This document shows positions 23,107-31,998 of a stretch of 38,904 nt of DNA, piece by piece. The notes beneath the pieces are model-generated. The model was not told the origin of the DNA, made no database searches, and saw nothing but the letters and a program-made list of their open reading frames with translations. Position 1 is the first letter of the stretch; the number at the start of each line of letters is the position of its first letter. Both the position numbers and the translations under genes were made by a program. This DNA is from a virus. The DNA is taken from positions 1 to 38,904 of the IMG/VR virus record IMGVR_UViG_3300030330_005386; one strand, given 5' to 3'.

Positions 23107-23826
23107 CTACGCGAAAAAACTTGCCAGTCCCTCCAGAGTTACTTTACTTTTCTTTTTAGTTTTAGGATTAATTACCTGAACTTCATGAGACAGTTTAGGC
23201 ATCGTAGAAAAGAATGACTCAATATCTTTAAACTGAGCAGAGTTCATCTGCTCCAAAAATTCTGTGACTTCTTTTTTTGTAAAGTCATCAGTTGTCCATG
23301 CTTCGTCTGCAGAATATACCTTATCAATACAAGACGCAATCAATTCAAACGACTGATCTACTTGACTATCCTTTGAGAATTCAAAGTTACTCTTAACAAA
23401 TTGATCAAGTGATGGATACTTCATTTCCATCATCAAATTGTCATCAATTTTAATTTGATTGGAGTGATTCTTATCTTTGGTTACCTTGATATCATCAATA
23501 TTAATCTGCACTTCAGCATAAGTCTCTCCATCATCAGGACAAAGGACACTTACCTCAATGTCTTCACCGACAGATTTACCTCGAATATTCAGGAACAGAT
23601 ATTCGATATCAAAAGTAGGAAGAGACTCCACTTTGACACCGCGAGTCTGAATACAATCCTTGAGGACTGCTTTAATAGCATTAGTGATTTCTTTTGAGTC
23701 GTCACTCTCAAGTGCAAGAACTAATAACTTTTCTTCTTTAACAAGGAAAGGACGAAACTTGATTGTTTTTCCAGTCGAAGGCAACTCCAACTCGTAAGTT
23801 GGTGTTGAAATTTTTGGTAAAGGCAT
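23107..23826 (-). CDS. gp2: gp2-like protein (DNA end protector), tentative (239 aa)
   Basis: Gene order is 3-2 with a divergent 4, as in T4-like phages. The motif LPTFDIEYLFLNIRGKSVGE recalls T4 gp2. Recalled from memory, not searched. Confidence 0.45.
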   Translation of the reverse strand: MPLPKISTPTYELELPSTGKTIKFRPFLVKEEKLLVLALESDDSKEITNAIKAVLKDCIQTRGVKVESLPTFDIEYLFLNIRGKSVGEDIEVSVLCPDDGETYAEVQINIDDIKVTKDKNHSNQIKIDDNLMMEMKYPSLDQFVKSNFEFSKDSQVDQSFELIASCIDKVYSADEAWTTDDFTKKEVTEFLEQMNSAQFKDIESFFSTMPKLSHEVQVINPKTKKKSKVTLEGLASFFA

Positions 23827-23846
23827 GATATGTTATTCAGTATGAG

Positions 23847-23854
23847 TATTTATC
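23847..23854 (-). promoter_or_regulatory. Late-promoter-like motif GATAAATA overlapping the gp3-like stop codon
   Basis: Minus strand reads GAGAGATAAATACTC. The TAA stop of the upstream gene lies inside the motif. It sits 21 nt upstream of the ATG at 23826. Confidence 0.4.
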
Positions 23855-24473
23855 TCTCTCCGCTAATTATATAGCGTGAGAAGTTAAAGTTTACAGTGCA
23901 AAGAAGTATTTGTGATGCGTCATAATTGACTGGCATCTGATTGATTGAGATAGGATATGCATTGACAAATTTATATTGCAAATCCCTTCCTTTGTAATCT
24001 CTTTCAAATTTTCTAATAAAAATTTCACTCTTATATTCATTAGGAAAGTTTACTCTATAATTGTAACTATCTCTTGCATCTCCTGATCCATCCTCATTTA
24101 CAATAAAAGAAATCCAGTTCTCAAAGAAGTGAATTATATCATACTTTTCATCTACATAAAAAGTGAATGATGAAGTTGTATCATATTGTCTTCTATAAGC
24201 GTGCCTCTCAGTTACACCAGTATGATCATTATCAAGAGTATGAGTTGCTAAAGAACTTCCAGGAAGTGCTGCTTCTCTACAAGATAGAGTTACTTTTTCA
24301 TCTACAGTATAATTATATCCACTACCAAGATCAAATCCTCTTCTTCTATTCATCCAAGAACGAACAGCAGGAGGTGGATTGAAGTGACACTCATATGTTG
24401 AAGTAAGAGAAGGATTCAATATGTTTGCCTTTAAATCAGCAACATTCCTTGCTCTTGGTTTTGGCGTTGCCAT
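23850..24473 (-). CDS. gp3: gp3-like tail completion / tube terminator protein (207 aa), tail-tube-fold family
   Basis: Position is divergent from gp4 and upstream of the gp2-like gene. SSFTFYVDEKYDIIHFFENWISFIV and the C-terminal LLCTVNFNFSRY resemble the gp19/gp3/gp48/gp54 tail-tube family, and also the C-terminus of ORF 25468..26862. Confidence 0.5.
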   Translation of the reverse strand: MATPKPRARNVADLKANILNPSLTSTYECHFNPPPAVRSWMNRRRGFDLGSGYNYTVDEKVTLSCREAALPGSSLATHTLDNDHTGVTERHAYRRQYDTTSSFTFYVDEKYDIIHFFENWISFIVNEDGSGDARDSYNYRVNFPNEYKSEIFIRKFERDYKGRDLQYKFVNAYPISINQMPVNYDASQILLCTVNFNFSRYIISGER

Positions 24474-24502
24474 CTAAATAGTTTTTACCGTATATATTAT
24501 GT

Positions 24503-24964
24503 ATGGGAGTTAGCAAGAAAAGTATTTACCGTCCCACTAATCCACAGAAATACAAAGGTAATGTAAACAATATAATATGTCGTAGTAACTGGGAGAGACA
24601 GTTCTGCGTGTGGTGTGACAAGACTGATGCTATTCTTGAGTGGGGAAGTGAAGAGTTTTTTATCCCATATCTTTCACCAGTTGACAGGAGAGTTCATCGT
24701 TACTTCCCAGATTTTATTATCAAAGTGAGAGAAAGCAGTGGTGAAGTGAAGACTTATGTTATTGAAGTAAAACCTAAGAGAGAAACTACTCCACCTACTG
24801 TTGGTAGAAAGCAAAGAAAGACATTAATTAGAGAGAGCACAACCTACGCTATCAATCAAGCAAAGTGGAAAGCGGCTCGTGAGTGGTGTGCAGACAGAAG
24901 AATCGAATTCAAGATCATCACCGAAGACGAATTAGGTATCCGAACTTATGGCAAGAAGAGCTAG
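24503..24964 (+). CDS. gp4: Head completion protein gp4 (153 aa)
   Basis: YRPTNPQKYKGN...CRSNWERQFCVWCD...EWGSEEFFIPYLSPVDRRVHRYFPDFIIKV...YVIEVKP...TYAINQAKWKAAREW matches the T4 gp4 pattern, with a PD-(D/E)XK-like D...EVK. Confidence 0.75.
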   Translation: MGVSKKSIYRPTNPQKYKGNVNNIICRSNWERQFCVWCDKTDAILEWGSEEFFIPYLSPVDRRVHRYFPDFIIKVRESSGEVKTYVIEVKPKRETTPPTVGRKQRKTLIRESTTYAINQAKWKAAREWCADRRIEFKIITEDELGIRTYGKKS

Positions 24965-25442
24965 ACGTAGAAGATCAGGTGGCCCTTCTTATGAAGAGGT
25001 ATTAGCACAGATTGATGCTAAAGAAGCAGAGAAAAAATTAAAGCGAGAAGAAAAACAATCTGCTGATGAATTTCAATTTGAAGAACAAGTAGGTGACAAT
25101 CGTATCGAACCTGTCAAGGATTCCATAAGAGACATAGGTGATCCTGAGGATATGATGGTTGAAATTATGAGTGTTCTAAATGAAACTGTAATCATTCCTG
25201 ATCCTGGTGAAGTATACACCTATGTCTACAATGCCAAGACACCAAAACTTAAATACGATCAGCACCCTCTAGTTGCTGTGTCTGGTGTGTACCAGTGGGG
25301 GTTCAGTGGACTAAACTTTCACTGGAATGAAGTAAGAAACTACACTTGGAATGAGATACCAGGCAGACTGCACCTTGTTAGAGCGAGTGAACTTCAATCT
25401 CTTCTTGATATACCCTACGCATATTATCTCACCAACCTCTGA
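24948..25442 (+). CDS. Structural-module protein (164 aa), possibly gp26-like baseplate hub subunit
   Basis: Arg-rich N-terminus. The conserved-looking C-terminus reads DPGEVYTYVYNAKTPKLKYDQHPLVAVSGVYQWGFSGLNFHWNEVRNY. The product call is by position only. Confidence 0.35.
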   Translation: MARRARRRRSGGPSYEEVLAQIDAKEAEKKLKREEKQSADEFQFEEQVGDNRIEPVKDSIRDIGDPEDMMVEIMSVLNETVIIPDPGEVYTYVYNAKTPKLKYDQHPLVAVSGVYQWGFSGLNFHWNEVRNYTWNEIPGRLHLVRASELQSLLDIPYAYYLTNL

Positions 25443-25448
25443 TAAATA
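25441..25448 (+). promoter_or_regulatory. Late-promoter-like motif GATAAATA
   Basis: Plus strand reads GATAAATA overlapping the stop of the 164-aa ORF, 20 nt upstream of the ATG at 25468. Confidence 0.4.
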
Positions 25449-25467
25449 GAAAAAAGTTCTGACTATA

Positions 25468-26862
25468 ATGTCTGCACAAGAAGCTACGAGTGAAATTACA
25501 ATAAAAAATGTAGACGGTTCTGATAGTCAATTTAGAACTATTACTACGCATGAAAATGGAAAGATAGAAAAAACCGTTATTCAACAATCTATTAGTGAGG
25601 ATGAATATAACAAATTAGATAGTAAATTACAAGGTGGATCGTCTAATGGTGTCTTTTTTCAAAAAATAAGGACAGATGTTCGAGATGGCGCACGAACATA
25701 CACACCTAATGCATCTAGAGCAGTTCAAAAATTATTAGAGGATCCAAAAACAAAATTTAAAAGAACATTAGATGAAGCATCAGTTGAGGCTGTTCAATTA
25801 CAAGATCCAAATTTAAAAACCTATGCTTTATATGCTCAATATCCCAGTCTTGAAAATATTGCATTAGATCCAGACACTCTAACCCCATCGGGAAGTGGAG
25901 ATGCTCCTGTCGGTGAGGGATTTGGTGCAGAAAATACAAACTTTCAATTAGAATCTTTTGAAGTTGCTGCCAAAAACAGAAAAGATAATTATGGAAATTT
26001 ATATTATCCAGAAGACATTACAACAAATAAACAAGATAGAGTTGTTTTTAAAATGTTCTACCAGTCAGGTAGAGATTTAAATTTTTCTCTAGAGAGAGGT
26101 GATAATCTCTTCACTTTTGGAGAGAGAAAAATATCTAACACTCTTGGAACCGTTACACTTCCTATTCAAAGTGGAATTCGAGACGAAAATTCAGTCTCAT
26201 ATCAAGAAGGAACCTTGAACCCCGTTATCGGTGCTCTTGCGTCTGTTTCATTAGATCCCGTTACAGCATTCTCACAAGCTGCATCTCTTCTTAATAAAGA
26301 TGTTGATGAAATACAAGATGCTCTCAATACTCCTGCATCTCAAAATGTAATTAATGTGTTAAGAACATATCTTGCACAAAGTGCGGTTGGAGCAGAAGGA
26401 TTGATACCCAGAACAACAGGAGCAATTCTTAATCCAAATATAGAGTTGTTACTTAAAGCACCAAACTTAAGATCATTTACATTTAATTTTAGAATGAGTG
26501 CCAGAAGTAGAACAGAGGCACAACAAATTAGGAAGATTATCAGATTCTTTAAACAGGGAATGAGTGTTAAGAGATCTACTTCTTCTCTCTTTATACTAAC
26601 TCCCAATCTGTTTAATATTCAATACCTTGCTGCAGGGGAAGGGAACATTTTAAGAGATCATCCATCTATTGGTAAAATTAAAAATTGTGCTCTGACTGCG
26701 ATAAATACACAATATACTCCTGATGGAACTTATATGACATTTGATGACGAAGCAAGATCAATGACTTCGTATAACATTCAAATGCAGTTTAAGGAATTAG
26801 AACCCTTGACTGAAACTGATTACGCTGAAACAGCAGCAAGAGAAGACTCAATAGGTTACTAA
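25468..26862 (+). CDS. Baseplate tail-tube cap / initiator, gp48/gp54-like (464 aa)
   Basis: The C-terminal half has the tail-tube-family pattern SFTFNFRMSARSRTEAQQIRKIIRFFKQGM...NCALTAINTQYTPDGTYMTFDD...SYNIQMQFKELEPL. Lies directly upstream of gp53 with a TAATG overlap. Confidence 0.55.
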   Translation: MSAQEATSEITIKNVDGSDSQFRTITTHENGKIEKTVIQQSISEDEYNKLDSKLQGGSSNGVFFQKIRTDVRDGARTYTPNASRAVQKLLEDPKTKFKRTLDEASVEAVQLQDPNLKTYALYAQYPSLENIALDPDTLTPSGSGDAPVGEGFGAENTNFQLESFEVAAKNRKDNYGNLYYPEDITTNKQDRVVFKMFYQSGRDLNFSLERGDNLFTFGERKISNTLGTVTLPIQSGIRDENSVSYQEGTLNPVIGALASVSLDPVTAFSQAASLLNKDVDEIQDALNTPASQNVINVLRTYLAQSAVGAEGLIPRTTGAILNPNIELLLKAPNLRSFTFNFRMSARSRTEAQQIRKIIRFFKQGMSVKRSTSSLFILTPNLFNIQYLAAGEGNILRDHPSIGKIKNCALTAINTQYTPDGTYMTFDDEARSMTSYNIQMQFKELEPLTETDYAETAAREDSIGY

Positions 26863-27530
26863 TGGCAAGTTATTTTAGGCAAGTCCCAGACTTTGATTAT
26901 GTCAACAGAGATTCTGATGGCAAAAGTATTGGTGACTATCAGGTTGTAAAAAACCTTTTCAAGAGAGTCAAGATCCGTCAGGATATCCTTGAGAACTTAG
27001 CATACTTTACTCAATACAAAATCACAGGCGATGATCGTCCTGATAATGTTGCCTTTGAAATTTATGGCGATGAATCTTTTGATTGGTTAGTGCTTCTCTC
27101 CAACAATATAATGAGCGTTCAGACAGAATGGCCTTTGAGTCAAGCAGCATTCAATGACTTTCTAATTAAAAAATATGGAAGTATTGAAAAGACTAATAAC
27201 ATTCATCACTATGAAACAAGAGAACTTAAAAATGACAGAGGTGAGATTGTCGTTCGTAAAGGTTTGAATGTTCCTAAGAATTACAAAGTAGAATACTTTG
27301 ATACAAGAAAAAATCAATATGTTGTTAGAACGAATGAAGTTGATGCAGTCACACACTACACCTATGAAGTTCGTAGGGAAGAGGCAAAGAGAAATATTTA
27401 CTTACTGAAGGCAGATTATATTGAACTAGTATTAGATGATGTACAAAGGTTGATGCCATATAAAAAAGGTTCTGCTCAGTATGTGAACAGAACCCTGAAA
27501 AAAGGTGAAGATATTAGATTGTTTAATTAA
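26862..27530 (+). CDS. gp53: Baseplate wedge protein gp53 (222 aa)
   Basis: ITGDDRPDNVAFEIYGDESFDWLVLLSNNIMSVQTEWPLSQAAF aligns with T4 gp53 (GSPRPEELANAIYGNPQLYWVLLMCNDNYDPYYGWITSQEA). Confidence 0.7.
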   Translation: MASYFRQVPDFDYVNRDSDGKSIGDYQVVKNLFKRVKIRQDILENLAYFTQYKITGDDRPDNVAFEIYGDESFDWLVLLSNNIMSVQTEWPLSQAAFNDFLIKKYGSIEKTNNIHHYETRELKNDRGEIVVRKGLNVPKNYKVEYFDTRKNQYVVRTNEVDAVTHYTYEVRREEAKRNIYLLKADYIELVLDDVQRLMPYKKGSAQYVNRTLKKGEDIRLFN

Positions 27531-28471
27531 CTCTCTGCCAGTTTCTGGAAGTAGGAGAGTGCATCGTCTTCATCATCATCCTTAGATGCAACTGGGGTAG
27601 ATGCAGTGATGTCAGGAGAGTTGAAGTCAGGCTTAGAGCGTGACAGAGACTCTTGAATCTGACGCTCTGCAGATTCTTTTGCTGCATAGTCATCATACTC
27701 AGTCTCTTCATCAGCAGGAGAAGGAGTACGAGACTTCTGTCCCAGGACATACTTGAGACGACGCTCAAGATCTTCATAGGACTTGAACTGATCTTCAGCA
27801 GTCAGTCCAGCAAGAGAGTATTGCTTCTTCCAGATTGCTTCCATAGCATCATCATCGCTCAGCAGAGGAGCAGGTGCTTCAAACTCAGACTTATCATAGT
27901 TCCAGTAACCATCCTTCTTGACAATCTTCAGTTTGAAGTTTGCACCTTGCCAAAAGTCAAAAGGATTGATGGGAGTTTCATCTTCAAACTCAGGTTGCAT
28001 TGCTTCCATGATCTTGTCAAAGATCTTCTTACCGAACTTGTAGAGGAAGACACTACCTTCGTTGTGAGGATTGGTAGGATCTTTCACAACATAGACGTTT
28101 GCATAGTAAGACAGTTTACGCTTCTGCTTACGAACAACATCTTTGTTAGATTCAATACCGCTGTTCCACAGTTCGCGGTTGTGCTCTGACACAGGATCTT
28201 TCTGCCCCAGCGTTGTCAGAGAGTTCTCGATGTACCAACCACCAGGGCCTTGGAAGGCGTGGGAATACATCTTTGCCCAAGGGAGATCTTCTCCTTCAGG
28301 GGCAGGGAGGAAACGGAGTACAGCGAAACCGTTACCAACTTTATCGACTTCGGGTTTCCAAAGACGATCATCGCCTCCACTAGCGGTGTTGTTCATCTTC
28401 TCAACTTCCTTGACAAGTTTGGAAGTCAGAGAACCGATAGAGGATTGCTTTTTGAGATCAGAAAAGGACAT
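27527..28471 (-). CDS. gp32: Single-stranded DNA-binding protein gp32 (314 aa)
   Basis: RLWKPEVDKVGNGFAVLRFLPAP...WYIENS...VYVVKDP...GSVFLYKFGKKIFDKI and an acidic C-terminal tail (SKDDDEDDALSYF) fit the T4 gp32 family. The protein contains no cysteine. Confidence 0.85.
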   Translation of the reverse strand: MSFSDLKKQSSIGSLTSKLVKEVEKMNNTASGGDDRLWKPEVDKVGNGFAVLRFLPAPEGEDLPWAKMYSHAFQGPGGWYIENSLTTLGQKDPVSEHNRELWNSGIESNKDVVRKQKRKLSYYANVYVVKDPTNPHNEGSVFLYKFGKKIFDKIMEAMQPEFEDETPINPFDFWQGANFKLKIVKKDGYWNYDKSEFEAPAPLLSDDDAMEAIWKKQYSLAGLTAEDQFKSYEDLERRLKYVLGQKSRTPSPADEETEYDDYAAKESAERQIQESLSRSKPDFNSPDITASTPVASKDDDEDDALSYFQKLAES

Positions 28472-28515
28472 TGTTCTTGTATTAGTGGGATTTGGCTTTT
28501 GGGTACTTCGTTATT

Positions 28516-28860
28516 CTACACGTCCGAACCCTGGGTGTCAATCTGCTGCTTCATGGCGTCGAGCATCTTTCCCATATTAGAAAAGATGACACTGATGTCA
28601 ACGTCTTTCGGCAGCCCCATCATTGTAGCAGATTCTACGATGCGAGATTTCATCATCTTGGCTTCGGGATCATCAGACAAACTCAATCTCGTATAGAGAA
28701 TCTTTTGCTTGTCCAGCAGTTTCTCTAGAAGCGCAACATGGAATTTCTTCTCCTCTTTATTCATGGAGGGGAATTTAAAAACATTACTGTAAACTTCTTC
28801 CTGAAGTTCTTGAATCTCCGTCATTTCTGCACGGACAACTTCGGAATCAAAAAAACTCAT
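28516..28860 (-). CDS. Conserved cyanobacterial/cyanophage small protein, DUF1825-like (114 aa)
   Basis: MSFFDSEVVRAEMTEIQELQEEVY...KFPSMNKEEKKFHVALLEKLLDKQKILYTRLSLSDDPEAKMM resembles the picocyanobacterial FFDSEIV family as I recall it. ATGA overlap with gp59. Confidence 0.5.
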   Translation of the reverse strand: MSFFDSEVVRAEMTEIQELQEEVYSNVFKFPSMNKEEKKFHVALLEKLLDKQKILYTRLSLSDDPEAKMMKSRIVESATMMGLPKDVDISVIFSNMGKMLDAMKQQIDTQGSDV

Positions 28861-29456
28861 GCTTCTCCTAAAACTACTTCCTTAAGTATTTTTTTGTAAC
28901 GAAATACATCAATATTTAGGAAGGGTGTATACTTTCTTATTTTCAAACTTACGGATGTCCACACTGGATCAGTAAGTTGTTTGTCCCAGTTCGTTTTATA
29001 ACCAAGGATAAGATTCAAGATCACCATGGTTTCGATGGACACATTACCTCTCAGATATTCTTTGAGAATTTGTGGGTGTCTCGATCCATCCAAGGCAAAC
29101 ATTGAATCAAAGTTATTGTCACCAAATACTTTATCAGTCTCTTCCTTAAACAAATAGGATAGAGACTGAGTACGTTTTTTCCATGACATGTATCTATCTT
29201 CACCCTCTCGGATCATCTCTCCGATCCAAAGTTTTGCTGGATCAGTACAGTCGATGAAGTTAGATACAAAAAATTCGATTACTTCTTTGTCTGATTTGTT
29301 TCTAGCAAGTTTCTCAAACCAGAAGCGATCCTTTCGTTTGTAAAACGATTTTACTGTAGCACGACTCTTACCACAGTACTTATGATAATCATACTTCTCT
29401 TTAGTAAAGTGATTCTTTAAAGAGAGGTATGATTTATAGGCATCAAACGGCATCAC
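28857..29456 (-). CDS. gp59: Helicase loader gp59 (199 aa)
   Basis: YKSYLSLKNHFTKEKYDYHKYCGKSRATVKSFYKRKDRFWFEKLARNKSDKEVIEFFVSNF aligns with T4 gp59 (YKLYLMIKQHMNGKYDVIKYNWCMRVSDAAYQKRRDKYFFQKLSEKYKLKELALIFISNL). Adjacent to gp32, as in T4. Confidence 0.8.
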   Translation of the reverse strand: MMPFDAYKSYLSLKNHFTKEKYDYHKYCGKSRATVKSFYKRKDRFWFEKLARNKSDKEVIEFFVSNFIDCTDPAKLWIGEMIREGEDRYMSWKKRTQSLSYLFKEETDKVFGDNNFDSMFALDGSRHPQILKEYLRGNVSIETMVILNLILGYKTNWDKQLTDPVWTSVSLKIRKYTPFLNIDVFRYKKILKEVVLGEA

Positions 29457-30036
29457 GTTTATTAATATTGAAGGCCAGAGTAATTCTTTCTTTAGATGAT
29501 GTCTGTTCTTTTACATGGTGCCAAACATGACTAGGGAACATAATCATAGTTCCATTTTCGCCTTTATAAGAACAGTTATATTCATCAAAGTGAACTGGAT
29601 GATTATGATTCTGATAGTATATCACACCCGAAAGTAATCCACCATGAAAATGAGATGGATTATCATCACCCTTATAAGAAAAGTTTGTCCAGATATCATA
29701 CCCATCAAAATGTCCATCCCATTTTCTCAACTTAAAGTCGCGATGGTGGGCACCCATTCCCCAATACTTTGAAGTAAGTCTCATAACCCATGCCAACCAA
29801 AACGATTGCTCAATAAGATGTGGTGAGATAGAACACTGATATGAGTTATGTTTCTTACCATCTTTGGCAAGATACCCATAATTCTCATGTGCTTTAAGTT
29901 CTGATAGAGGATGATTTTTAAATCTTTTACTTTCTTTTACCCAAAGATCAATCTCTTTTATGATAGGTTTGGGTATACGAATCACCATCACAGGACATCC
30001 ATCCTGCAATTTTTTCATTTCTAAAATGCCATTCAT
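29443..30036 (-). CDS. 2OG-Fe(II) oxygenase superfamily protein (197 aa)
   Basis: His-rich double-stranded beta-helix pattern: NPSHFHGGLLSGVIYY...TMIMFPSHVWHHV...RITLAFN. Typical of the cyanophage putative 2OG-Fe(II) oxygenases. Confidence 0.6.
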   Translation of the reverse strand: MNGILEMKKLQDGCPVMVIRIPKPIIKEIDLWVKESKRFKNHPLSELKAHENYGYLAKDGKKHNSYQCSISPHLIEQSFWLAWVMRLTSKYWGMGAHHRDFKLRKWDGHFDGYDIWTNFSYKGDDNPSHFHGGLLSGVIYYQNHNHPVHFDEYNCSYKGENGTMIMFPSHVWHHVKEQTSSKERITLAFNINKRDAV

Positions 30037-30037
30037 G

Positions 30038-30295
30038 TCAAAGAGGTAGTTTCGCTCGGGAGGTTCTCTTCAAAAAGTTTAACTCCATTGCTTCATATTT
30101 CAACTTCTCTTTCAGAGGTTTTGAAATCAGTTTGGGTACGGACTCCACGTCAATTGAGTTCATCTCACAGAAATGAACAATCGCATCAATATAACTCATG
30201 TCCTCATTGTCAAGGACAAGTTTCTCAATATCCTGCGCGAACTTTGACGGGCAGAAGAATTTCTTTTCTAGTGCTTTCTCTAGTTCATTCTCCAT
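30038..30295 (-). CDS. gp33: Late transcription co-activator gp33 (85 aa from ATG 30295; the track start at 30322 is a TTG)
   Basis: MSYIDAIVHFCEMNSIDVESVPKLISKPLKEKLKYEAMELNFL aligns with T4 gp33 (MSYLEATTAFLEENSIPETQFAKFIPSGIIEKIQSEAIDENLL). Hydrophobic C-terminal tail ...AKLPL. Confidence 0.75.
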   Translation of the reverse strand: MENELEKALEKKFFCPSKFAQDIEKLVLDNEDMSYIDAIVHFCEMNSIDVESVPKLISKPLKEKLKYEAMELNFLKRTSRAKLPL

Positions 30296-30968
30296 TCTCT
30301 GTCCTAGTATTGTGATGTACAAATTCCTTGATGTAACGAACTAGAAGCTTAATATAATCGTCTTTGTTCCGTTTGTCAAACACCTTGACTTCGCCACCAG
30401 GAGTTACCATGAGAGTAATTAGTTTTTTAACTGGAATACCAGTCATCTCATAGTAGGCACATGCATAAAATGTTTCTTGGACAAAGTAGTTCTCCAACCA
30501 CTTCTCAGGTTTAATCTTTTCAGATGTCTTAAAATCTATGACTGCTAGTTCTCCTTCGTACTCACCGATGCAGTCTACTCTACCTGCCAACCCAAGGTAC
30601 TCTGAATATAGAGTTCTTTCAATAGCATGTACGTTATTTATCTTATCCAGATATGGCTTGGCATGATGAAACATAAACTGTGTCATAGGACGAAACTCAT
30701 CCCAGTTCAGTTGTAGATTCATTAGGTATGCTTGTGCTGCTTCGTGGAAATCAGTTCCCCGTGCAGTTGCTTTCTTGGTGATGCGATTTGCTTCTTCAAT
30801 ACCAACTCGCTTCCTCCACTTTGCGAAGATCTCTCTGTTATAGAAAGATGTCACAGAAGTAATAGAGGGCACCCACTGTCCATCAGGAAGATTGTAGAAG
30901 CGGATACCCTGTGTTTCTTTTTTGTTTAGTTCAATGTCACCTAGAAAATTATGATGAGTGAAGTTCAT
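30285..30968 (-). CDS. PD-(D/E)XK (RecB/Cas4-like) exonuclease (227 aa)
   Basis: Motifs GRVDCIG, AVIDFKTSEK (D-x-K) and QETFYACAYY (QxxxY). ATGA overlap with phoH. Confidence 0.6.
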   Translation of the reverse strand: MNFTHHNFLGDIELNKKETQGIRFYNLPDGQWVPSITSVTSFYNREIFAKWRKRVGIEEANRITKKATARGTDFHEAAQAYLMNLQLNWDEFRPMTQFMFHHAKPYLDKINNVHAIERTLYSEYLGLAGRVDCIGEYEGELAVIDFKTSEKIKPEKWLENYFVQETFYACAYYEMTGIPVKKLITLMVTPGGEVKVFDKRNKDDYIKLLVRYIKEFVHHNTRTENGE

Positions 30969-31717
30969 AGATTAAGATCTGTTTTCGCAAGCAAGTATTC
31001 TTTACAGAGTCCAGAACGGACAATATCTTCAACACCAAATTCAATGATGTCAACGGATGGCATTACTCTGAGAATTTTCATGAAATCAGCGATTCCATTT
31101 CTTTCATTCTGTTTAACCAAGTCAGTCTGAGTAGCGTCACCACAGAACATGATCTTAGTATCTTCACCAACCCTAGTAATAATACTATCAAGTTCGTGGA
31201 AGTTCAAGTTCTGATACTCATCAACAATGATGATTGCTTTATCAAGAGTTGTACCTCGAATGAATGAGGTGCTCCAGAAACTAATAGTGCCCTGAGTCTT
31301 CAGATTACCATATAGCATTTCAAAGTCTGTCTCTGTTGGAAGAGAGAACATATACTTTACCATATTCTTATAAGGAATCTGGTAGATGTCAGACTTATCT
31401 TCATGATCTCCAGGGAGGAAACCAATCTCTCTGGTAGCTACAAGTGAACGAACGATGTAAATCTTTTCGTAAGGAGATCTTTCATCCAATACATCTCTCA
31501 ATGCATTATAAAGAGTAATGAAAGTTTTACCTGTTCCTGCTGCACCATACGCGACTAGATTTTTATCATTGGCGTATGCATCAAATAGTTTTTCTTGATT
31601 TTCAGTGAGGGGATCAATGTCCCTCATCAGTTCAGTATTAATTGGTTTGCGGCGTTTCATCTGCTTAGCAGTTAAACCGACACCAATAGGTTGATCTCTT
31701 TTTCTTTTGGCAGGCAT
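30965..31717 (-). CDS. phoH: PhoH-like ATPase (250 aa)
   Basis: PLTENQEKLFDA, Walker A GAAGTGKTF, IIIVDEYQNL and FCGDATQTDL are the classic PhoH motifs. Confidence 0.9.
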   Translation of the reverse strand: MPAKRKRDQPIGVGLTAKQMKRRKPINTELMRDIDPLTENQEKLFDAYANDKNLVAYGAAGTGKTFITLYNALRDVLDERSPYEKIYIVRSLVATREIGFLPGDHEDKSDIYQIPYKNMVKYMFSLPTETDFEMLYGNLKTQGTISFWSTSFIRGTTLDKAIIIVDEYQNLNFHELDSIITRVGEDTKIMFCGDATQTDLVKQNERNGIADFMKILRVMPSVDIIEFGVEDIVRSGLCKEYLLAKTDLNL

Positions 31718-31720
31718 AGA

Positions 31721-31969
31721 TTAAACAGGCTTGACGTTGGAACCGGGATACTTGGATGCACGATGCAAAACATCGTTCCACCCAGGATGAGACTTTTTGA
31801 GTTTGTCGTAAACTTCTCCAATCTCAGCGCAACTAGGTGCGGTGGTTGGATCACTCCAGTCTCTTTGCCATTCAGGATTGTCTTCTAACCACTGATCCCA
31901 TTCATGAACGCTAAGTTTGACATCCTTTTGTTCACCAGTTTCCTTATTAATAACAGGGTATGTAGCCAT
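31721..31969 (-). CDS. Hypothetical protein (82 aa), Trp-rich
   Basis: ATG ORF 3 nt upstream of phoH. Reads MATYPVINKETGEQKDVKLSVHEWDQWLEDNPEWQRDWSDP. No family recognised. Confidence 0.55.
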   Translation of the reverse strand: MATYPVINKETGEQKDVKLSVHEWDQWLEDNPEWQRDWSDPTTAPSCAEIGEVYDKLKKSHPGWNDVLHRASKYPGSNVKPV

Positions 31970-31990
31970 AGAAATTAACTTACGATGTAA

Positions 31991-31998
31991 TATTTATT
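31991..31998 (-). promoter_or_regulatory. Late-promoter-like motif AATAAATA directly after the thyX stop
   Basis: Minus strand reads TGA-ATAAATA-TTAC, 22 nt upstream of the ATG at 31969. Confidence 0.35.

Noticed and set aside
24474-24502. Bidirectional late promoter in the 29-nt divergent gap between the gp3-like gene and gp4
   Set aside because: Only a CTAAATA variant is present on the plus strand and no ATAAATA on the minus strand. The gap is too short and too degenerate to call. It is mentioned only as a weak variant in the promoter finding.
27653-28728. Plus-strand ORFs of 78-178 aa antisense to gp32 and the DUF1825-like gene
   Set aside because: They are shadow ORFs with Leu/Ser/Arg-rich nonsense composition, no start context, and complete overlap with well-supported genes.
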